Below are positions 59,315 to 64,000 of a stretch of DNA of 64,000 nucleotides, piece by piece. The position numbers and the translations under genes were made by a program. Each line of letters starts with the position of its first letter. Positions within the stretch are counted from its first letter, which is position 1. Source of the stretch: Deferribacterales bacterium (GTDB lineage: Bacteria > Chrysiogenota > Deferribacteres > Deferribacterales > Geovibrionaceae). Below the pieces are notes generated by a model that was not told where the DNA came from, searched no databases, and saw only the letters and a list, made by a program, of their open reading frames with translations. The stretch spans positions 185,107 through 249,106 of the forward strand of contig JBFWJS010000006.1 of assembly GCA_050253075.1 (NCBI GenBank), in the 5' to 3' direction.

Positions 59315-60715
59315 CTACTTTTCTGTTGTGGAAAAAACTAAAACATCTTCCGCAACGGCATCTATGGACTCTTTTTTCTTCTTCAAAGCCCTTGTGGCAG
59401 CGACACCTTTCGTTATGTCTTTGCTGATGATATATAATTCGGACTCAGGGTCGAAAACGTTAGCAGGTATCGCATCAACGGGGTCTTTAACAGTGGCTAT
59501 CATCTGAAAAGTCTCCAGCCCGTAAGGGGGAACAATGTCAAATTCGCCTATGCTGATCCACCTGTTAACCTCGTCTGCGTCCACCCTGCGGACAAATTTA
59601 CGATTGCCCGGTGTGGTGTAAAAATCAACCAGATAAGAGAACCTCTCACCCTTTTTATCCACATGCCCCACAAGGAAAAAATACCCCGGACGGCTCATCT
59701 TTACAAAAAGCTCGATGCTTTCGCCCTTTTTATAGAGCATGGCCTTTTTACCGTTATCAGTCATCAGCCTCGCTGTGAAGTCTGATGTGACTGCCAGCCC
59801 GAGCTTAAGCAGCTTTTCAAAGCTGATGGATTCCGGCTTTATCTTTAACCCTGCATAGGCAGATGATGCGAGCTTCTTAACACTTTTACCGACAGCCTTG
59901 CCGTTTTTATCATTAAGGGTCGAAGTGATATACATGTAGTTATCGGTGATGAGATAGTCTGTCTCAAGCAGATAGTCTGCTTCTGCTATATTTGCGGATG
60001 TCTTTTCGGCTGTGACCATCATATCTCTGAAAACAGATGCAAACTCTGTCACTTCATCAGAGCCCCTGTACATAGGGTAATAAATATAAGTATTAGGCTT
60101 TGACAGTTCGCTGACTATGATGGAAGCGATGTGTCTCATGTCGTCTGACGAGTTCGCCAGCTTCTCACGCAATTCAAATATCTGAGCCATCGTAACGTCG
60201 GGATAATTCTTATATTCCCCGCCTAATACATTGATGACACCTTTATACTTATTAAAGTTCTCATATTCTGCAAGAATTGTCATGACAAGAGGATATTTCT
60301 GAGAATCAGAGCTCTTTTTCACAACTTCGCCGTATAGTCTGTTGATCTTCGCCGCGGCATCGTCTGCGGATGCGGCATACACCACGACAGCCTTTTCTGC
60401 ACTCATCGTTACTTTACAGTGGAATTCCCCCTGAATCTCTTCTGTAGTGTAATCAGCACCGAATATAGGCAGAGCACTGGTTATATCAACCTGTTTGCTC
60501 ACTGACTGCTGCGGATTGGCAGGATCGTCGCTCATGAGCGTGTGCAGCTCTGAGCGGACATCGGAAAAGAGTATGAAAGAAAGCTCTGCGGCGGCGTTGG
60601 CACGAGCCTCGGGCTCGGTCTTTCCGTATCCTTCGGCAGAGACTCCGGCAGCCCATGAGCTGCTGAATGCGAATGTGAATATTACCAATATGGTTAGTAG
60701 TTTAAGCTTGTTCAT
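59315..60715 (-). CDS. Secreted protein with LPP20-like N-terminus and DUF4384-like C-terminus
   Basis: Signal peptide; AEGYGKTEPEARANAAAELS; YKKGESIELFV...PGY...PPYGLE; start ATG at 60715 (alternative 60748). Confidence 0.65.
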   Translation of the reverse strand: MNKLKLLTILVIFTFAFSSSWAAGVSAEGYGKTEPEARANAAAELSFILFSDVRSELHTLMSDDPANPQQSVSKQVDITSALPIFGADYTTEEIQGEFHCKVTMSAEKAVVVYAASADDAAAKINRLYGEVVKKSSDSQKYPLVMTILAEYENFNKYKGVINVLGGEYKNYPDVTMAQIFELREKLANSSDDMRHIASIIVSELSKPNTYIYYPMYRGSDEVTEFASVFRDMMVTAEKTSANIAEADYLLETDYLITDNYMYITSTLNDKNGKAVGKSVKKLASSAYAGLKIKPESISFEKLLKLGLAVTSDFTARLMTDNGKKAMLYKKGESIELFVKMSRPGYFFLVGHVDKKGERFSYLVDFYTTPGNRKFVRRVDADEVNRWISIGEFDIVPPYGLETFQMIATVKDPVDAIPANVFDPESELYIISKDITKGVAATRALKKKKESIDAVAEDVLVFSTTEK

Positions 60716-60749
60716 AAGTAAATATAGCATGGGTTCAGAAATGGGCAAT

Positions 60750-60779
60750 AAAAAAAGGCTCCCAAACGAGAGCCTTTTT
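60750..60779 (-). terminator. Terminator of the HU gene
   Basis: AAAAAGGCTC...GAGCCTTTTT. Confidence 0.8.
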
Positions 60780-60807
60780 AAAGAAAAAACTATTCAAAAT
60801 ATTCTTC

Positions 60808-61080
60808 TTAGTCGATGGAATCTTTGAAAAGCTTGCCAGGTGTGAATTTAGGCACTTTCTTAGCAGGAATAGTCATCTCAGCGCCTGTCTGAGGGTTTCT
60901 ACCCTTGCGTTCTTTTCTTTCTGATACAGAGAATGTACCAAAACCGACAAGTGTTACTTTGTCGTCAGCTTTGAGTGCAGCTACTGTTGCATCTTCAAAA
61001 GCTTTAAGTGCTTTTTCAGCATCTGATTTTTTCAGACCAGCCATTTCGGCGATCTTTTCGATGAGCTCTTTCTTGTTCAC
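60808..61080 (-). CDS. hup: DNA-binding protein HU
   Basis: MNKKELI...VTLVGFGTF...RKGRNPQTG...PKFTPGK. Confidence 0.95.
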   Translation of the reverse strand: MNKKELIEKIAEMAGLKKSDAEKALKAFEDATVAALKADDKVTLVGFGTFSVSERKERKGRNPQTGAEMTIPAKKVPKFTPGKLFKDSID

Positions 61081-61310
61081 TACAACCTCCTAAACGTCAA
61101 GAAGTTAAAATTATATACACTCAGACCCCCACAAAATCAAGCAAATAATGACCCGAAGACAAAAAAAGTCTATCTATGATTAATATTTAATAAAACGAAT
61201 GTGAAAATTACCAAAAAAAAACACCTAATACCAAACATATGTTCTTAAATTTACAAATTCACAAATGTTTCTTATATATACCAAATAATATATATATTAA
61301 TTTTATACAT

Positions 61311-61339
61311 AAAAAACCCCTGCCTAAAAAGACAGGGGT
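61311..61339 (-). terminator. Terminator of asd
   Basis: ACCCCTG...CAGGGGT stem with a U-run on the minus strand. Confidence 0.75.
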
Positions 61340-61371
61340 CTGTAAATTTTTTGTAATTTAACTAACGATTC

Positions 61372-62391
61372 TTACTTAACGAAGAGTTCGGCAATCTGAA
61401 CAGCGTTAGTAGCCGCACCTTTTCTCAGCTGATCGCCTACAACCCAGAATGTAAGAGAGTTATCACGGGCGATATCTGTTCTGATACGTCCGACATAACA
61501 TGTATCCCCGCCTGCTACGAAGAGAGGCATTGGGTATTTAGCATTCTCAGGCTCGTCGATAACTTCGAGTCCGGGAGCAGCAGCGAAAAGCTCACGGGCT
61601 TTCGCAGGGCTGATAGGCTCGTAAGTCTCGATAGTCACGGACTCTGAGTGTGCAGAGAGTGTGGGGACACGAACACATGTAGCGCTCACTTTGATCTCGT
61701 CATCGTGAAGCATCTTGCGTGTTTCGTTGAACATCTTCATCTCTTCTTTTGTATAGCCGTTATCTGTGAAGCTGTCTACGTGGGGGATAACGTTGAAGAG
61801 TATCTGATGGGCGAATTTATCAACCACGAGCTTCTCACCGTTTACCCACTGTCTGGCCTGATTCTCCAGCTCTTCCATAGCCTGTGCGCCTGCACCGGAT
61901 GTAGACTGGTAGGATGAAACAACGACATTCTTCACTTTAGAGTAATCATACAGAGGCTTAAGAGCCACGAGCATGATGATTGTTGTACAGTTAGGGTTCG
62001 CTATTATACCGTTATGCTTGAAAGCATCCTCAGGGTTTACCTCAGGAACTACGAGCGGAACAGTAGGATCCATACGGAAAGCGGAAGAGTTATCGATAAC
62101 GATAGCGCCTGCTTTCACTGCTGATGGAGCATACTCAAGGCTTCTGCCGCCGCCTGCGCTGAAAAGTGCGATATCCACACCCTCAAAACAGTCGTGCGTC
62201 AGCTCTTCAACTTTATACGTTTTACCCTTGAACGTGAGTTCCTTACCGACAGAGCGTTTAGAAGCAAGAAGCTTAAGCTCTGCTATAGGGAAATTTCTTT
62301 CCTCAAGGATGTTAAGAAATGTTTCACCGACTGCGCCTGTAGCACCTGCGATAGCTACATTATATGCAGCTTTTTTCTGAAATTCTGACAC
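61372..62391 (-). CDS. asd: Aspartate-semialdehyde dehydrogenase
   Basis: GATGAVG, IDNSSAFRM, ANPNCTT, SATCVRVP, DQLRKGAATNAVQIAE; GTG start at 62391 with GAGG. Confidence 0.95.
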   Translation of the reverse strand: MSEFQKKAAYNVAIAGATGAVGETFLNILEERNFPIAELKLLASKRSVGKELTFKGKTYKVEELTHDCFEGVDIALFSAGGGRSLEYAPSAVKAGAIVIDNSSAFRMDPTVPLVVPEVNPEDAFKHNGIIANPNCTTIIMLVALKPLYDYSKVKNVVVSSYQSTSGAGAQAMEELENQARQWVNGEKLVVDKFAHQILFNVIPHVDSFTDNGYTKEEMKMFNETRKMLHDDEIKVSATCVRVPTLSAHSESVTIETYEPISPAKARELFAAAPGLEVIDEPENAKYPMPLFVAGGDTCYVGRIRTDIARDNSLTFWVVGDQLRKGAATNAVQIAELFVK

Positions 62392-62529
62392 GTTGCACCT
62401 CGCATATAAAGTTGTGTTACAACTCATATGATGTAAAGGTGATAAAGTCAATAGATTTCAGCGTTTTAGTTGCTAATTTCTGGTTATAATTTATGATGGA
62501 TTACCAATTTATTATTAAGGCGGTGTGAA

Positions 62530-63111
62530 ATGCACACAGGATCAGATGGAAAAGTGCGCTGTTTCGGCGGAAAACCAGGACAGGAGTTCTATGCAGACTA
62601 TCACGATAACGAATGGGGCATACCAAACAGGGACGACAAACACCTCTTTGAAATGCTGATACTCGAAGGTGCTCAGGCAGGACTTAGCTGGGAGACCGTT
62701 TTGAAAAAACGTGAGGGCTACCGCAGGGCATTCCACAACTTTGATGTTCAGAAGGTGGCAGCCATGACAGACGCCGAGCTGGAAGAACAGCTCCGGAATC
62801 CGGAGATAATCAGAAACAGGCTGAAAGTCTTCGCCGCCAGAAAGAACGCCATAGTATTCATGAAGATACAGGAGGAGTTCGGCTCCTTTGCCAAATACAT
62901 ATGGGGCTATGTGAACGACACCCCCGTCATAAATAAGATAGAGTCTTTCCAGTCTCTCCCCGCCAGCACGGAACTGAGCGATAAGATATCAAAAGACCTG
63001 AAAAAACGGGGCATGACGTTTGTCGGCTCGACAATAATATATGCATATATGCAGTCCATCGGCATGGTGAACGACCACATCAAAGGATGCTGGTGCTACG
63101 GCAACAGATAG
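62530..63111 (+). CDS. tag: DNA-3-methyladenine glycosylase I
   Basis: YHDNEWG, LFEMLILEGAQAGLSW, IIRNRLK, GMVNDHIKGC. Confidence 0.95.
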   Translation: MHTGSDGKVRCFGGKPGQEFYADYHDNEWGIPNRDDKHLFEMLILEGAQAGLSWETVLKKREGYRRAFHNFDVQKVAAMTDAELEEQLRNPEIIRNRLKVFAARKNAIVFMKIQEEFGSFAKYIWGYVNDTPVINKIESFQSLPASTELSDKISKDLKKRGMTFVGSTIIYAYMQSIGMVNDHIKGCWCYGNR

Positions 63112-63172
63112 CGGGAATTCTCCCCTTGCATATTTTATGGTTATATAGTTAACTCTCTCTTTGGAAATGTAT

Positions 63173-63724
63173 ATGAAAGAGAGAAAGATACACGAAATCC
63201 CCCTCAGAGGCGGAAAGACGGCAAAGATATATCAGGGCGCATTCGGCAGCGGAGAGCACGAGACCACTCAGGCATGCATAAAGCACCTTGAGCAGATGGA
63301 GCTTTCGGGCAGAACAGTCCTTGATGTCGGCTGCGGAACGGGTATCCTCGGCATATGTGCCAGCATGCTCGGCGCAAAGGATGTCTACGGATATGACATA
63401 TCCTATGACGCATGCAGAACAGCCGTCGAGTGCAACGCTCTGAACGGCATTACAAACAACCATATAATATGCGGTCTTCAGGACTGTATAAACGGCGTAT
63501 TTGACATTATATTTGCTAATATATACTTTGATATACTCATAGATATTTCGGGCTTTATAAAAGACTCTCTCGGCAGCGGCGGAGAGCTCGTCCTCTCGGG
63601 CATACCGATAGAGTTTAATTATGACGTCCGAGCACATTATATGAAGAAAGGCTTCGATGTTATCGACCTTAAGATACACGAAGACTTTTCGACTGTGAAG
63701 CTAGCAGCTTCATGCAAACGATAA
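63173..63724 (+). CDS. PrmA-like SAM methyltransferase, catalytic domain only
   Basis: AFGSGEHETT, VLDVGCGTGIL, IFANI, LVLSGI; about 183 aa. Confidence 0.8.
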   Translation: MKERKIHEIPLRGGKTAKIYQGAFGSGEHETTQACIKHLEQMELSGRTVLDVGCGTGILGICASMLGAKDVYGYDISYDACRTAVECNALNGITNNHIICGLQDCINGVFDIIFANIYFDILIDISGFIKDSLGSGGELVLSGIPIEFNYDVRAHYMKKGFDVIDLKIHEDFSTVKLAASCKR

Positions 63725-63919
63725 GCAGAAGTGAAACCTGTACTTGTTCAGGTTGAGCGTAACATAAAAAATCTATGACAGATTTTTTATGCAGATATAT
63801 AAAGGTGCAGGACGTACCTTCGCGAGGCATAAGCATGCCGGAGCGGAAGCGAAACCTGTACTTGTTCAGGTTGAGCGTAACATAAAAAATCTACGACAGA
63901 TTTTTTATACAGATATATA
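63724..63919. repeat. Two 78-bp direct repeats (period 118 bp), each with two hairpins
   Basis: 63724-63801 and 63842-63919, 4 mismatches; AACCTG-N8-CAGGTT and ATAAAAAATCT-N5-AGATTTTTTAT. Confidence 0.9.
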
Positions 63920-63993
63920 GGGCGGTTAGCTCAGTTGGATAGAGCACAGGCCTCCGAAGCCTGTTGTCGTGAGTTCGATTCTCATACCGCCCG
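63920..63993 (+). tRNA. tRNA-Arg(CCG)
   Basis: Acceptor GGGCGGT/ACCGCCC, D-arm GCTC...GAGC, anticodon arm CAGGC-CT-CCG-AA-GCCTG, T-loop GTTCGATTC. Confidence 0.95.
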
Positions 63994-64000
63994 CTATTTT

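Noticed and set aside
61081..61371. Very AT-rich 290-bp gap as a possible origin or sRNA
   Set aside because: No DnaA-box cluster or iterons seen; explained by the asd terminator and the HU promoter region
63149..63679. 176-aa minus-strand ORF
   Set aside because: Overlaps the PrmA-like gene, which has clear SAM-binding motifs
63724..63919. Possible CRISPR array (repeat-spacer-repeat)
   Set aside because: Only two units, a 78-bp repeat is too long, and there are no cas genes in the window

Overview
A 64-kb, mostly housekeeping region of a moderate-GC anaerobic Gram-negative bacterium. The gene mix suggests Deferribacterota (Denitrovibrio/Geovibrio-like), but this is inference only. The window contains about 60 CDS: phoU-phoB-phoR with an Na/Pi symporter, a DUF1998 helicase fused to an exonuclease, a TAXI-TRAP transporter, an ACT-malic enzyme, glnB-glnA, pyruvate:ferredoxin oxidoreductase, three chemoreceptors, an hsp20-dnaJ-hspR-clpB operon, a sigma-70 factor, bioB, HU, asd, tag and a short PrmA. 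It ends in tRNA-Arg(CCG). No integrase, transposase, prophage or CRISPR array is visible. The best candidates for poorly described systems are envelope modules: (i) three LPP20-like lipoproteins around an MltC-like lytic transglycosylase, divergent from a stand-alone FecR-domain protein, where MltC and FecR share an 11-residue aromatic repeat; (ii) an MlaE/MCE operon whose ATPase has lost its Walker A motif; (iii) an LPP20-DUF4384 / ExeA-SH3 / SH3-lipoprotein cluster; (iv) a ~760-aa pentapeptide-repeat lipoprotein. Regulatory signals readable in the DNA are an 11-bp-phased Pho-box array, a sigma54 promoter with tandem NtrC-like sites at glnBA, and a HAIR operator at hsp20. There is also a family of GTCAY...ATGAC palindromic elements, one of which has an exact 10-bp flanking duplication. 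All product calls come from motif recognition, not from database searches.
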